Below are positions 34,668 to 48,100 of a stretch of DNA of 64,000 nucleotides, in pieces. Location of the stretch: assembly GCA_030704615.1 (NCBI GenBank), contig CM060732.1:48050001-48114000 (forward strand), in the 5' to 3' direction. Positions within the stretch are counted from its first letter, which is position 1. Every line of letters begins with the position of its first letter. Under the pieces are notes generated by a model. It had not been told where the DNA came from and ran no database searches. It saw nothing but the letters and a program-made list of their open reading frames with translations. Origin of the DNA: Takakia lepidozioides. Taxonomy: Eukaryota > Plantae > Bryophyta. Both the position numbers and the translations under genes were made by a program.

Positions 34668-37600
34668 ACAGCCATGGACTCTCCATTATTTTATAGGCTC
34701 TTCAACAAAAGCTTGATCTTTATGCCACACTTGGCGTAATTACCTGATAAATGAGCACATTCATTTGTTGTACAAACCGAATAGTCCAGCCTCTCACTCC
34801 TCTTGCCTGATTTCCACAATGGGTCCCTCCCCTTCATTTGCTCTTCATGAGATGAGGATGCTTTCAGATATGCAGCTCATCAACTCCCTTCCTGCCCTTG
34901 ACATATAGAACAGTCTTGGTAGCATTGTGAGCCCCCATGAATGTCCCAAGATTTGCAAGAGATCAAATCTTTCACATTCTATAGAATTTTGATCTGGGCA
35001 GGGTGCACTACAGTGTGCACGGTACTGAATTTTACATATTAAAATAATTCTGTTGTTGTTCCATCTTTGCCCAGGCTCAAGAACTGAAGAAATAGTGGGT
35101 AGTTTTGACACAGAACAATGTCAGGGCGGCCTTTGCAGATCCAGTAAGAGCACACGATTGTTACTTCATCATTCAGCTTTTTTAGAAAGGATGAAGTTGT
35201 TATGAAAGACAACATAAATTATAGCATATATGTTTATCTTGTAAGGGAGTCTAATCAATTATTCTACACAAGTTCCTTGCTAATAATGTAGCCCTTAGGT
35301 TGGAAGTGTCCTTATGTTGATCCAAAGTGCTTCTTACTGAGACTCTTCTTAAGTTCCTGCCATACTGAAGCCAAAATATATATGGATAGTTTGCTGTTTG
35401 CTTAATACCATCCCTGAAGACAAGAATGTTCAGTTTCAAGATGGGAGAGGAAAGGAAGAAACTTTATAACTTCCATGGAAAGCTCGGAGATAGGAAAAGA
35501 GAGATTACAAATGTGTGAAAGCTAGATGCAGCTCCGAAATGATCATGGGATGATCATGGGATGCAAAGGGGCAAAATACCTAGACTCACTGCGGAACACA
35601 TACCTATTCTAGCTGGCAGAAGACTATTTATTGCAAACCATACATGTACATATGTCACTCATATAGTCCTTGGAGGACTTGGAGGCTTACAAGGGGTTGC
35701 TTTTGGACAGGTTGATTCTTACTGGTCACCCAAGATTCCTTTGTACAAGATGGATCCTAATGAGCACGTCAAGAGAGAAGCAAATATAAGGAAACATCAG
35801 AGGCAAATCTCAAAGGGTGATCGCCCATTGCCTTCGCTATTAAGCGACCGAGGGGTCACCCCTGACTCCTGCTTCCACGTCAAAAATCTCTAGACCTCTG
35901 TAGACTTGCTCATCATCGAGCTCCAGACAGTAAATGGGAAACTCCAAAGCATTGCTCCAGCGGTCCTGCTTTGTCTCTGTTAGAGTCTACCAGCTTATCC
36001 CTCTTATGTACGAGTCCAGGGAGAAACTCTCTACATGGACCTCCTGGGGCTCTGCCGAGAGTGCCAGCATGTGTGTACATAGCCGTCCTCTGCAGCTGTG
36101 ATCAGAGTGTCAGCAAGTATGTAGCCGATCCTTCTCATCTTCCAGACGTTGATGTGTCTTTTCCCAAATCTGCATGTGATCGTCTACGTCCTCTAACACC
36201 TTATCTCTTCTGTCTGCAACTGCAAGCACGACCGGGCCTTGCAAAGCTATTTCTACTTGTCCAATATCCATTGCACAAACCCTTCACTCTTCCAACCACT
36301 GCATGACTGTTTCTTCACGAAGTAGACACTAGACAGTGCACCCGAGAAATATTACGCACAACAGATCGCTGAGGTAGCGAGAACTGTTTGCGAAATCGTC
36401 GTCCTTCCGTATCTGATGTACGTGGTCTTAGTCTAGGTCTCGGTTCCACTTCACTTACCTCCAACTTGGGATTATTAGTCTCAAAAAACCCTCAAAGAGT
36501 TTAGGGGCCCCGTGGTGAGGGGCTGGATTCACATTCCAACGATAACATAAGACTCCGATTGCAGAAGAAGGGCCGATGGCATGGGACCAACACCAACATA
36601 AGGAGCAGCAGTTAGCAACTGAGATCCATACAAAGTGTAGCTGTGAGATCCTGAGAGAGCCGCGCAATTGTAACTGCGAAAGCACAGCTTTCAAGAATGC
36701 TGGTCCTAGTGCGTTGATTTTGCATGGAACTTAAAAGAGTCCCTAGGCTGTTAATCCTCACAGAAGTGCAGGAATGTTCAGCGAGGCAACTGATACCTTA
36801 GGCTCTATGGTGTCTATGTAATTGCCATTCCATAGGAGGCTGCAAGATTCTTTGGGGACTTCAAGAGCAGGCGTCAATGTCTTCAGCTAGATGGTTTGCT
36901 TGAGCGGATGCTTGTGTAGGCCATCCCCTCTTTCCACCCTAAATTTGTTCTGGTTGGGCCAGCTATATTGAACATATGTGATATCCTGTCTGAAGTTGGG
37001 TCGAATTAACAAAGGATACAATGCTCTTTCCTGTCCTATTAGCTGATTGTTGATCTCTTGTTCTCGGGCCGAGACAAACCTTGAGGCAGTACCTTGTAGC
37101 ATCTGAGCCATTGCCGTTTGACAAAATAATTCGTCCAGGGAGATGTCTGATGTGACGCTGCTCAACCAGGTATGTGCATTTCAGCAGAGTCTCGAAGCCA
37201 GCTTCAGTGGTCATCATACATCAAACCCCATACAATTCCAGAACAAGGGTGAATAAATCAAGTAGCCGAGTCCCACACACGAGGCCAGGATTGTAACACG
37301 AACACATTACAGAACTCTGCGACCCACTGTGCCTCCTTTCCTGCCAGGAAGCTCCCTTTTATTTACAGCGTCTTGTCGCGATATTTGCTGCTGCTCGACA
37401 GTTGATATGCTCATGGGGCGTCAGAAATTCACGTGGTTCCAGGCTAATGGTAGAGAGTTATAAGAGAAGTATCACAGTTTTGGCAGATCGCATGATCCAA
37501 CTCATTAGTGGAGTCTAAGACCACTGCGAAGGGAATCTGGACTTGATGATATTATGCATCTCATGAGACACCTGGATCCTCTATGCAGCATTGTATGGAA

Positions 37601-38224
37601 CCTCAGTTTTAAGGAATGCAGTGAAGCTTGATCCACTTTGGGCACCATATCTTCCTAGTACTAAATGAGTCGAGGAATCGTTGTTGGATATTGAATGTCC
37701 CTTCAGGTGAACAAAACACTTCGAATTACTGCCCAGACTATGTAGTAGTAGCTTGCACGATCCACCCCCCCCTCCCTGGTTTCATCTCAAACAGCCCAAG
37801 ACTTGAACCCCATCATCATGACTCAAGCTGCTGGCAAATTGCAGAATCGCAAAATTGATGAATGATTTTTACAGAAACAATCGTACGCTCACCAGGTAAT
37901 CTTCTTCTTAGACCACCTTATTATCATGAGAAGGTGCTTCCCAATGCGGGACGTGCACAAAAAATCGAAGTTCTACTCCTCTCCGGGCTTACAGACCCAC
38001 CCGTTTGGGGGCTGTAGAGAATCATGCCATACATTTCTACACCGCTCTAAGTCCGCCTCTATCAAGATGCCAGGGCACCATTTCTTCCTGGTTCCTTACA
38101 AAACATGCAACACTAGTGTACAGGTGAACCATATCTACACTCGGCACAACAACCCACTCATCTTCCCCAAGCTTCCAGACTGAGATCTTGTGTTCCTGAA
38201 AGAGATGATTCCTGCAGGACACAT

Positions 38225-41065
38225 TCAAGAGATGGCGGACGAGGGAAGCTGCTTCGCCAGATCCCAGGCCATACCACCACCATCGCGAAGCCCGAAGATC
38301 CTCCGGGCGTAGTCCCGGAGCCCGAAGTCACGCACCTCACAAAACCGGCGCTCCCAGTCATTCGGTCTGACAGCCCGGTTGCCCAGACCGGGAACCCGGT
38401 CTCGCGAGAGGAGGTTCCGCTCCTCCGTCCAATCCGCGACGTACGTCGCCGCCCGTCGACGGAACCTGAGCTTGAAGTCGTCCCACGCCTGAAACTTGTA
38501 GTGGTTGACGACGGCCGTCCGCGATCCGACGGGCTCCGTTCGGTACTCGGGCTTCAACGTGAAGTGATGGATGACGTTCTGTAACGAGTCCGTTAACGCG
38601 GCTAGCAATACGAGCGACTTGTGACGTTCTTCCGTTCGCAACCGGCACGTGTACCCCTGGGTGACGCCGTCGGCCGGAGTCACTGCCAACCCCGACGGCC
38701 CGAAGTTTCGGCAGGCGAACCTCAGCTGCCCGAGCTTGGTGTCGAGATTGGATGGCGGCGAGCTGAGCTGCTTGTCGATGAGCGCTGCCAAGAGCGATGG
38801 CGAAGACCTCCCCACGGCCTCCTCCAGTGGGCTCGGAGCGATGGCGGAGGGCTTCTCAGTCGCAGGGGAGTGATCGGATGGAGTTTGTTGGACAGGAAGG
38901 AGAGTCTGACCTTCTTCGGATTGTGATGAGACTGCAGGGTTGAGACTCGGGGCCGATGCTGGAGATGGATCGAGGCCCTTTGAGGGGGGAAAGATGAACT
39001 CGTCGACGTCAGTGAAGAGCATCCAGGTGCATTCTTGGGCAGCTTGAAGAGCGCAGTGAGAGAAGCCTGCTTCTTGGGTTTTGACCCACGGCCATGACCT
39101 CCTGGAAACATTGAATTGGCTCAATCCTTCTACTATCTCTTCAAGGTCATCCTCACTATTGTTATCGTAAAGGTAGATTTTTTCGACCCCAAGGTGAGAG
39201 TGATAGTACACCCACTCCCTCAAGAATTTAGCCCCATTCCACATCATGGTGCATGAGCAGATGTGATGTTTCTTTGGTAAGGATGTGGACCTGTCTGTTA
39301 ACCACTCTGATCCAAGAAATGCACTGCGCGCAGCTGTCCTGGACCCGTCGGCACTGAAACTGGAAGTTGGGTTTGTACCGCCGCCTGACTGGTAAAATGC
39401 GACCGAATCGACGAGCTTTCCTTCAACTTTCAATGTCATCTTCCTTCCTATAACATATGGAGCCATTGACGCAGGTGGATGTCCGCACCGAAAGACTTCT
39501 TGGGCAGCTGCTGTTACTGGAGTCTCATAAAATCCCCCAAAAACACAAGTGAAATCCTTCAATCTTTCCGCATCCGCAATCTCCCCTGCGTTCGTCACAT
39601 TGATTCCCTTTGCAAAGACAGTAACATCTGCTTGTGTAGAGAGAGTCTCGTATACCACTATCGTGCTGTTCCATTGCAGGGGTTCTTCGTAGCTAGGATC
39701 GGACCAACCCCGGAGAATTTCCCTATTCAACTGTCGGTCCTCTCTGTCAACTTCGATGCCGGCAGTATCAACTCCCCACCGAAGCTTCTTCGGTGGAGCT
39801 GGACAAACAATGGCGACCCGCCCATTCCCATACTGAACATTCAGAGCCTTTCGGAATACAAATTGAGTGGGCCCTCCATATCGACATTCCAGTCTCTCTT
39901 TGCTGGGAATCTCCGCTCCCGTAGGAAGTCTTACCAGGAACAGAACCTCTGTTGTATAAGAGATTATATCTTCAATGAAAGGATCTCTCACTGCAGTTTC
40001 TCCCACGATTTGGCCGTCATGTGGATATAGCTTTGGGTAAAACACTGGTGAAACTGCAAAACACGAATGCCGAAATGCCATCAATATTCTTTTCTCAGCA
40101 GAAACCGTGCACTTCCTCCTAAGAGAACGCGAAGTCTGCACTGCATTCACTGTCTTGAAGTTTTATTCCTGAAGCTAAAACTGGCGCTAGACAGTCCTAT
40201 ACTGTTGGAGATAAAACCTCGGCACTCAGACACAGAAGGGAGCAAGACGAAGGACGCTTTTCAAAAAGCAAGAAGGTATGTACAGATGCCTCGCGAAGGT
40301 TGACGGACATCGCAGGAACTGGATTGTCCAGAAGGTAATATGCAGAAAGTGGAGACATATTATACTACAGCCGTTCAGAGACTCTCATCTTTCCCAGACG
40401 CATTCATTTACCAGAATCAGAAATGCTTGGCCGCTTACCTTGAGGCACTCGCCTAAAAAGCAGCGGTTTAGACTTGTATCTAAGTTAGTTCCTTGTTCGT
40501 TTGTTGGGCACTATTGCCAGTGACATCTATCAGTGACTTTACAACCTCCGTTTCTTTGTTATATGACAAACAATGAAACAGCTTGAAAGCAGGATGCTGC
40601 CAGCAATAAAAGAGCGATGCACTCAAAAGACTACAGGGAACTTCGCGAAACAAGCTTGTCGTTACACAAACACATTATATATCGTGTGGCAGCTGATAAT
40701 CCAGAACATCTCCTCGCATACGATTCAGCACGACTCAGCCAGAGAGAAAGGAGGAAGGCAGTGACTCTATCAACGACTCTTATTAACGAGGAACGGCAAT
40801 TCTCACCTTCAAAAGACTGGGTACCAATAGTGGCCAGAGTAGCAACAGCTGCAATAAACACCATAGCCAGGCATACTCTTCTAAAGCAAAGTCGCCGACG
40901 GCTCCTGTCACCATGTCGTCGGGCGCCTTCTCTGCTTTCTATATCTAAATGTTGCTCGCACCCGGACCAACTATGTGATATACTACTGTGCATGACCGCC
41001 AATCCTAACTCCACACAATCTCGAATCGTTTTCCAAGAATCAAACGCCATATGTTCTAAGAACAT
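38225..41065 (-). CDS. Glycosyltransferase family 92 (DUF23) type II membrane protein; complement(join(38225-40053,40807-41065)), ~695 aa; start codon uncertain
   Basis: Exon 1 has RRRLCFRR followed by a TM helix (VCLAMVFIAAVATLATIG) and donor GAAG|GTGAGA. Phase-1 acceptor TTTTGCAG. Motifs CSCTMMWNGAKFLREWVYYH, YDNNSED, WPWVKTQEAGFSHC, DxD (FTDVDEF), FGPSG, HKS and NHYKFQAW. Confidence 0.9.
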
Positions 41066-42623
41066 GTCAGCTAATCTCCAGTTGCTTTGGCTTCCTTTTG
41101 AACGACTTTACTTGCTCCAAGCTGCAGTAATCTTACACCACACACGACAGGGATCCTCAGGAACGTCTGGTTCGAGATTGGGTGGGAAGCACCTCTTCTC
41201 CATACTACTAGCACAGGTATAGCTAGCTCGCCGTCTCTCTGTACATGTCGACCTAGACACTGCACTAGATCTGCAGTGTGGAGATGGTGAACGGTATAAA
41301 GCTGGACTAACACCAACGTTCCAGGTGCCCCCTCATCATGTCTTCCCAAAATCTCAAGCGCTTTCACACCGAAAGCGATGCTTGCTGGCCTTTGCGTGTT
41401 GTGCTAGCTGGGAACTCGAGGTTGCTGGATCATTGCCGTGGCTGCTGGCTTTCCTCTTGTGGGTTGTATCGGGCCAGGCGGTGAGCTTGCCTGCAGGACC
41501 AATTACTACTGCTACCTCGGGTAGAATGAACAGGACCGTTGTGGGCCTGGCACACACAACATCCTTGTAGACGACACTCGATAGTTGCGAAAAGTAAACA
41601 TTCCTGTTTTTGGCTGCGGCATGGGTTCCAATACATCCTCTCCTCACCGACCCATGAGACCAATTCTCTACGCATCTGCCAACTGGGTCCCGAGTCCCTA
41701 CCACGACACACAGCTGCCAAAGCGCGGCTGCACGCGTCGCCCACTGCCGCCGTCACCGCGTATCCGCACCTTCCCTCTCTGACACTGCACTTGCGCGTGG
41801 CGTCATGTGCATGAGCCTGGTTGGATTCCAACCCCTTCAAACCTGGGGGGTTGTTCTTGTTTATTCCCTTGCTGCCAAAGGAGTTTAGTTTCAACCTGGC
41901 CCTGTTTCCCTCTACATTGACTGTTGAGCTGCTGCCAATGGAGTTGGGTTCTAAAACCCCTCTCTAACTGTTGAAATCTGGGTGGGTTTCTTTTGTTTTC
42001 TCATTTGCTGCCAATGGAGTTGGGTTCCTCTCTTCCCCTCTCTAACCATTGAACACTTGTTGAGTTTCTTCTTTCTTCCCTTCCTGCATATTGAAACGAG
42101 TTGGGTTCAAATCCAAACCCCCCTCTACCCCCTCTCTAACTATTGAACCCTTGTTGAAACTTCTTCTATCTTCCCTTGCTACGTATTGAGTTGGGTTCCA
42201 AGTTACAACCCCCCTTCCCCTCTCTTAACTGTGGAATTCCCAGGGTGGGTTTGTTTTGTCATTTCCGTTGCTGCCAAGGAATGACAATGATAGATATTGA
42301 CGTCTATGCGTATGTGGACATGTGGACAACACGTGTTTTGAGGAGAAGGACGAGAGGTCTTCAGGTCGGTCTTGTTACAGACAATAGTGATTGTATTCTT
42401 CTTCTACTAAAGAGTGATGATTATTATTCAGTGGGGTTAAGACAATAGGCTTACAGTTGGACGGGAATAAAGTCGTACTAAAGACACCAGAGGGTGGTTC
42501 ATATCAGCTTGGTCATCCAAGCTGGAGCCCTGAAGAATGAGGAAGGTATGGATGACACAAGTACAGGGTGTATCTTGGGATACATGAGAGCTAAACCTGC
42601 TCATGCACATCTGGTAGTTTTTA

Positions 42624-43494
42624 CCGTAGGTTCATAGCAGATTAGGCACCCCAATGCCTAATAATTATTAAATTTGGAATATTCTTTTAAGGCACTTTAA
42701 TAAAATATTTATGTAAATTAGACACTTTTCATCCATAATATTTTGTGTTAGGCACCTTTCATCACTTGAAACTTCTCCTTCCATCCCCAAAGGTCTCATG
42801 TACCCCCTCTCTTCTTCCCCTAAAAAAAAGTTTTTTCTAATACTAATTCTAATAGTGACACGGGTGGGCACCTGAGAGCCCGCACAAATGTGGAGATGGC
42901 TAACAATGGAGGAACCCAGCCTGGGCTAAGCTTAGGTCAGGCACATCTTTTAGCCCGCAGGCTAAATCCTGGCCCAAACACACTCACCACGAGATCACAA
43001 GGTAATGGGCTCAAATTGTGCTTCAATTTTTTGCTCTGTCGTTGGAACGACCCCAACAAGTGGTTGGCCTAGGAGATGGAATTAAGCAGTGACATTTGAG
43101 AGTGAGAGAGAGATCCAACTACAAAAGGCGGTGACAACATGATACCCACACCTTAATCTGCAGTAATAATTGCGTACCTTAATACTTATCCTGCTAACTT
43201 GGAAATCCTGTTATGTAATGCTTGATTCTATACTTAGTACTTATCATTGGAAGGTCCTTTGGAGGTTGTATGGACCTGGGCAGTTGGCCTATACTTTTTG
43301 AACATTTATGGAGGCATTTGTTTTTTATTTTTAATAGAAATTATATAGAGTAGGATGTTTTTAGACAATTTTACTGAATTAGGCACTTTCATATTATTTT
43401 TCCAACCTTTTGGGCATAAATCTTGAAAAATCATAGATTTGCATAGGCACTTTTTTTTAATTTAATTTATGCCTAATCTGCTATGAACCTACGG
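42624..43494. mobile_element. Tc1/mariner-type MITE (871 bp)
   Basis: Perfect 25-bp TIR ccgtaggttcatagcagattaggca (42624-42648 / rc 43470-43494), TA on both sides, AT-rich interior. Confidence 0.9.
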
Positions 43495-45157
43495 TAGGAG
43501 GTATGCAAGTTTGAAGTGAAGGTTGTGGGGATTGACTGAGCAGGTGCTGTTGCGCAACGGAAATCTGACACTCTGGGCTTGAACAATCTTCCATGGATGT
43601 CTGTGTGATTATTTCCTATGAGATTCAGCACCTGGTTTCACACCATCACTTTTAGAGGAGGTCTAGGGAATTGTTCCCTTCTTTTGAGAAGATTGGGACC
43701 CACCCCAACCCTTGCTATGCGGTGACGGAATGGCCGGGCCCGCATGATCTTGTCCAAAGAGCTGCTACAGTGGGGCTTATTCCAATCTTACATTCCAATC
43801 TTACATTCCACATCAAACACCCCCTTGGACATCCGGATCTTAGGGGATATGAAGAAAAGACGCTGACATCACAATTCGGAGTTGTAGGAAAGGCAAGGCA
43901 TAGAGGCGTCGTGGAATCCAGCTTTTTATGGTCGATAGACCAATGTAACTTAGTGAACATCTCACGCATTCAAGCTCCGCTGCAAAGTGAAGAGGCAATG
44001 AACCTGTTTCAATGTTTCAGTCGCATTTAAAGCAGCTTTATTAGAGATTTTTTTCGTATTGAGTATTTTAAGGTCCATGGATTAACTCTACATGTGACCT
44101 GCAATGTGAAGTGTGAGGAGACAAGTTGGGTGGCCACACTTCAAAGAATCACGAGCAGCCATTAATCCCTAAATCATGGCTGCAACATTGAAGGATGCCC
44201 ATTGCATGTGTGGGGTTGATGCCAATGTTAGAAATATGGGCTGATCGTGTTGGCAAGTTCTTTTGCCGAAAAATTTGAACCTCCAGCCACAGAAATGCTC
44301 ATAACTTTCCGAAATTTCAGATCCATGAGAAATGACTAGAAGGTGAGGTACAACCTTGGTAAGCTACCACTGAAAACATTCAGAATTTTCCATCCTAGAA
44401 GTTGGTAGATCCTAGCATTTACTGGAGGAGAAATACACCTTCCTACCAGTTTTTTGGGGCCAGAAATTCTGGTTTCCTTCACATTCTGCAGCAGAGAATT
44501 AACCCACCAACTTTCCAAAAGGGTAGTTTCCTTTGTAGTGCCAAGGATGGGCAGCAAAAACATTTCACCTGTTATTTTGCTAGTCAATTGAAAGTGGGAA
44601 TCTGCAATGGAGTATGATGTGAGGAAATTTCAATTTTTTTGTATGAAATCTGTTGGGTTTTCATCAGATGTCCATCAAAACGTATCAAATCCATATATCA
44701 ACTCTAAATCTGCCAGCTTGCTATTTTCGCCACATGGCTGCTCCAATTTTCAGAAGCTGACACATCACATTTTGATCCTGTTTTTGTCACATCTCAAAAT
44801 GATCCCATGTTTTGTTCATCATTTGAATATCAGCAATAGAGCCAAATACCCAAAGTGGATGATCAAGAAACAAACAAGCAACGTAATTCGCCGGGAATCC
44901 TCAAGATGATCAGTGACATGGAAGAGATATTTCCCATCACTTGTAAACCTACCAAGTTCTCTTAATTTTACAACCATCAATACAGACTAAAACTATGAAT
45001 ATAAACCATATGCATAGCCTACATATTCACGTTTCTATTAATTAATTGATTCATGTTTGCTGTTTTTTTTTGGGGGCCCTACCTTTGCAGAGCCCACTAT
45101 TTATTAATTTAGTAGGTAGTAAGAGGGGGGGCCTCCCTTATATACCCTCTCAGTGAC

Positions 45158-48100
45158 TTGGGGCCCAGCACAAACAAGGAACTAGTCCTCTTTCACGAGA
45201 ATGACATGCTCTTATCAGCAAATGGGGCCAACAATATCAGCATTGACCTTGTGTTTCTGGAGGAGACTGTCAACTCGCCACCTGCAGTAAGCAACATTAC
45301 TCATGCTTACTTCCCCATTCTCTTTTTTGTTCCTGACAACAGCAACCCCAAGCGGGGTTGGATGCTGGTAATTGATAACCAACCCCCAGACCTCAAAGTC
45401 CTTCCTGGTTGGTGCGTCTCTACCACTCCTCTGCCGCTGCCTCTTTTCTCTCTTCTGCTCTTTCTTGGGATCTCTCCTTGAATGATTTATCTACAATGAT
45501 TGATACCAGAAACCAGATATTGGAATTGAAGTCCCCAAACAAAAGGAAAAGATCTAGGGCATTTTATGTATGGAAAATGCCGTCGCTGCTCCCCCCACCT
45601 GCAGGCTTCAAATGGATTTCCACACTTCACCCTATTGACAAAAGGACCAGACTCAAATTTCTTCCAACTTGGCCATCAAATTGCGGGGACACCGTAGGCC
45701 TTATCCATGTTGTTCCATGAATCTCTCCCTGACTAGCTGGAACATTCGGGGAATATGGTATGATCATTCTGCCCCAGAAAGGGCAAGAATCAGACAGTGG
45801 GCCTCCAATGTCATCAATCGCTCTTCCCTTATTTTCTTTCAAGAGCATAAGCTAGACGCTGCCAAAATTAACTCTCTAGGTGCTTCTATTTGGCCTTCTC
45901 ATGTTGCATTTTGGAATCCCACAGTGGTGGACACTAGAGGGGGAACGACGATCTTGGCCTCCCCCACCTTGGGTCCCATTATTTTGGCCAACGACATCTA
46001 GGTCCAGGGTCGAGTTCAGTCCATCACCATAGACCTAGGCCAGTCCATTGGAAAGGTAGGGATTGTCAATGTGTATGCTCCCAACTCTGAGGAGGATAGA
46101 GTTCAGCTCTGGTCTCAAATGAGGCTGAAAGTGTTGCAGCAGCCGGACATTCATCATTGTGTGGTTTGAGGTGACTTTAACATGGTTGAATTTGAAGGAG
46201 ATCGCTCGGGTTCCAATGTCCAAAATATCTCTGTTACTGAAAGGGACGCTTGGGATTCCTTATGTATGGTGATTGGGCTACTTGATGCCTCTCCTCCACT
46301 CGACGGAGAACTAAGGTACACCTGGTCTAACAACAGAGACCCTCCCAACCTCTCCATGGCCCGTCTAGATCGATATTGTTCGGCTCACCTGCTAAACTGG
46401 TCTATCAGATCCCCCATTCCTCCCATCTCCCCCCGGTTTCGACCACTCCGCAATCCAACTATTCCTCCACACCCCACGTTCTAGGGTCAAGGGAAGAGGA
46501 TTCTTCAAACTCAACCCCTCTTTTCTCTTCGACCATGAGGCAGTTAAAATTCTTCAAAGGGCTTGGTCCTTTGCTGACCTTCCCTTCTCCTCCCCCACAC
46601 TCCTCTTTCTGTCCAAACTCCAATCTATAAGAAGCACTTGCCAGCAACTGTCTAGACAGAAGGCTGAGGAAGCTTCTAGCGAGGAGAAGGAACTTACCAA
46701 ATGCCTGCAAGTCTGCTAGTTTCAGTTGCAAGAGGGTAAAGGTGACTCTCAGACCCGGCTCTCCTATAGAACAGCCAAAAAGAACCTAGCCCTCCTCCTC
46801 CACTCCATGGAACAATTCATGAAAATTAAGGCGGGTGTGAACTGGTCACTCAAGGGAGAAAAAATGTCCAAGTACTTTTTTGTTAAGGCAGCACAACGTC
46901 GATCCTCCACCTTGATTCCCTCTTTGAAAGATACCTCTGGTCAGCCTTCATCAGACCCCAAGAAGATGGCCAATACTACAGCTGATTTCTTTAGACATCT
47001 TTTTCAGGCATGTCCACAATCTCCCGAGGTGGTTGAGGCCAAACGATCCTCCTGCACAACATCCCCTGCTCGTTAACCACTCTGGATAAGGGCAGGATGG
47101 CAGAACCGTTCACTGTGCAGGAACCGGGTGACGCGGTGGATGCTTTGGCCTCTATGAAGAGCCCAGGTCCGGATGGTCTTCCCATTGAACTTTTCAAGTC
47201 TCTTTGGCAGACGATGGGAGAGGACTTTCTTCCCATGGCCAACAATATATTTCAGAAACAGCTGATGCCTTCCCAGATGTCTGAAGACCTTATCACCTTG
47301 ATCTATAAAAAAGGTGAGAGAGACAATGTGGCGAACTACCGTCCCATTACCCTTCTCAATTCTTCGTACAAAATAATTGCTAAGGCCCTTGCCTTGAGGC
47401 TGCAACCATTGTTACCAAAACTCATCAGGAAAGAGCAGTCTGGTTTCCTCAAAGATCGCATGATTTTGGATAACAATCTGTTGGCACATGAGGCCCTCCA
47501 TAGAGCTACCTTGAACAATCAGCCTTTAGCGTTTTTAATGCTGGACTTTGAAAAAGCTTTTGATTCAATTGACTGGACCTTCCTTCTTCCTGCTATACAT
47601 AAATCAGGGCTGGGAGGCAATTTCCTGACGTGGGTTCAGATTCTGCTGCATTCGGCCTCAAGCAAAGTCCTGGTGAACAGGGTTATATCTCATTCCTTCC
47701 CTATCTCTAGGTCGGCTAGGCAAGGATGCCTTTTAGCTCCATTTCTTTTCCTCATCGCGGCAGACTCTCTTGGGCATCTTTCTCAGGCAAGACATGATAT
47801 AGTGGGTCTTCATTTGCCTACCTTCGTATCTAAAATGGTCAAGCTTTCCATGTATGCCGATGATACCACCCTGTTGTTGGATAATTCAAATCGGGACAAT
47901 ATCCAACGTGCCCTTCAGGCCCTACAGATATTCTATTTAGGCTCGGGGTTGAAGATCGATTGGTGAAAGTCCATGAGCCTGCTCTCGCTACTGCAGAACC
48001 AAGCTACCTCATCACACTACGACCCCTGGGGACAAGACATTGGTCTCAATTGGCTTCCTGAGGGGAGTCCACATGCTTCTGGGACATCAGATTGGTGTCA

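Noticed and set aside
40054-40150. N-terminus of the 641-aa ORF as the GT92 start
   Set aside because: It starts at GTG and lacks a TM anchor; it is read-through into the intron, and the upstream exon supplies the anchor.
43670-45150. Possible non-autonomous DNA transposon or Helitron
   Set aside because: TE-like composition, but I could not find termini or a TSD.
45717-45720. ATGA overlap of L1 ORF1 stop and ORF2 start
   Set aside because: Real but an ordinary arrangement for LINEs.
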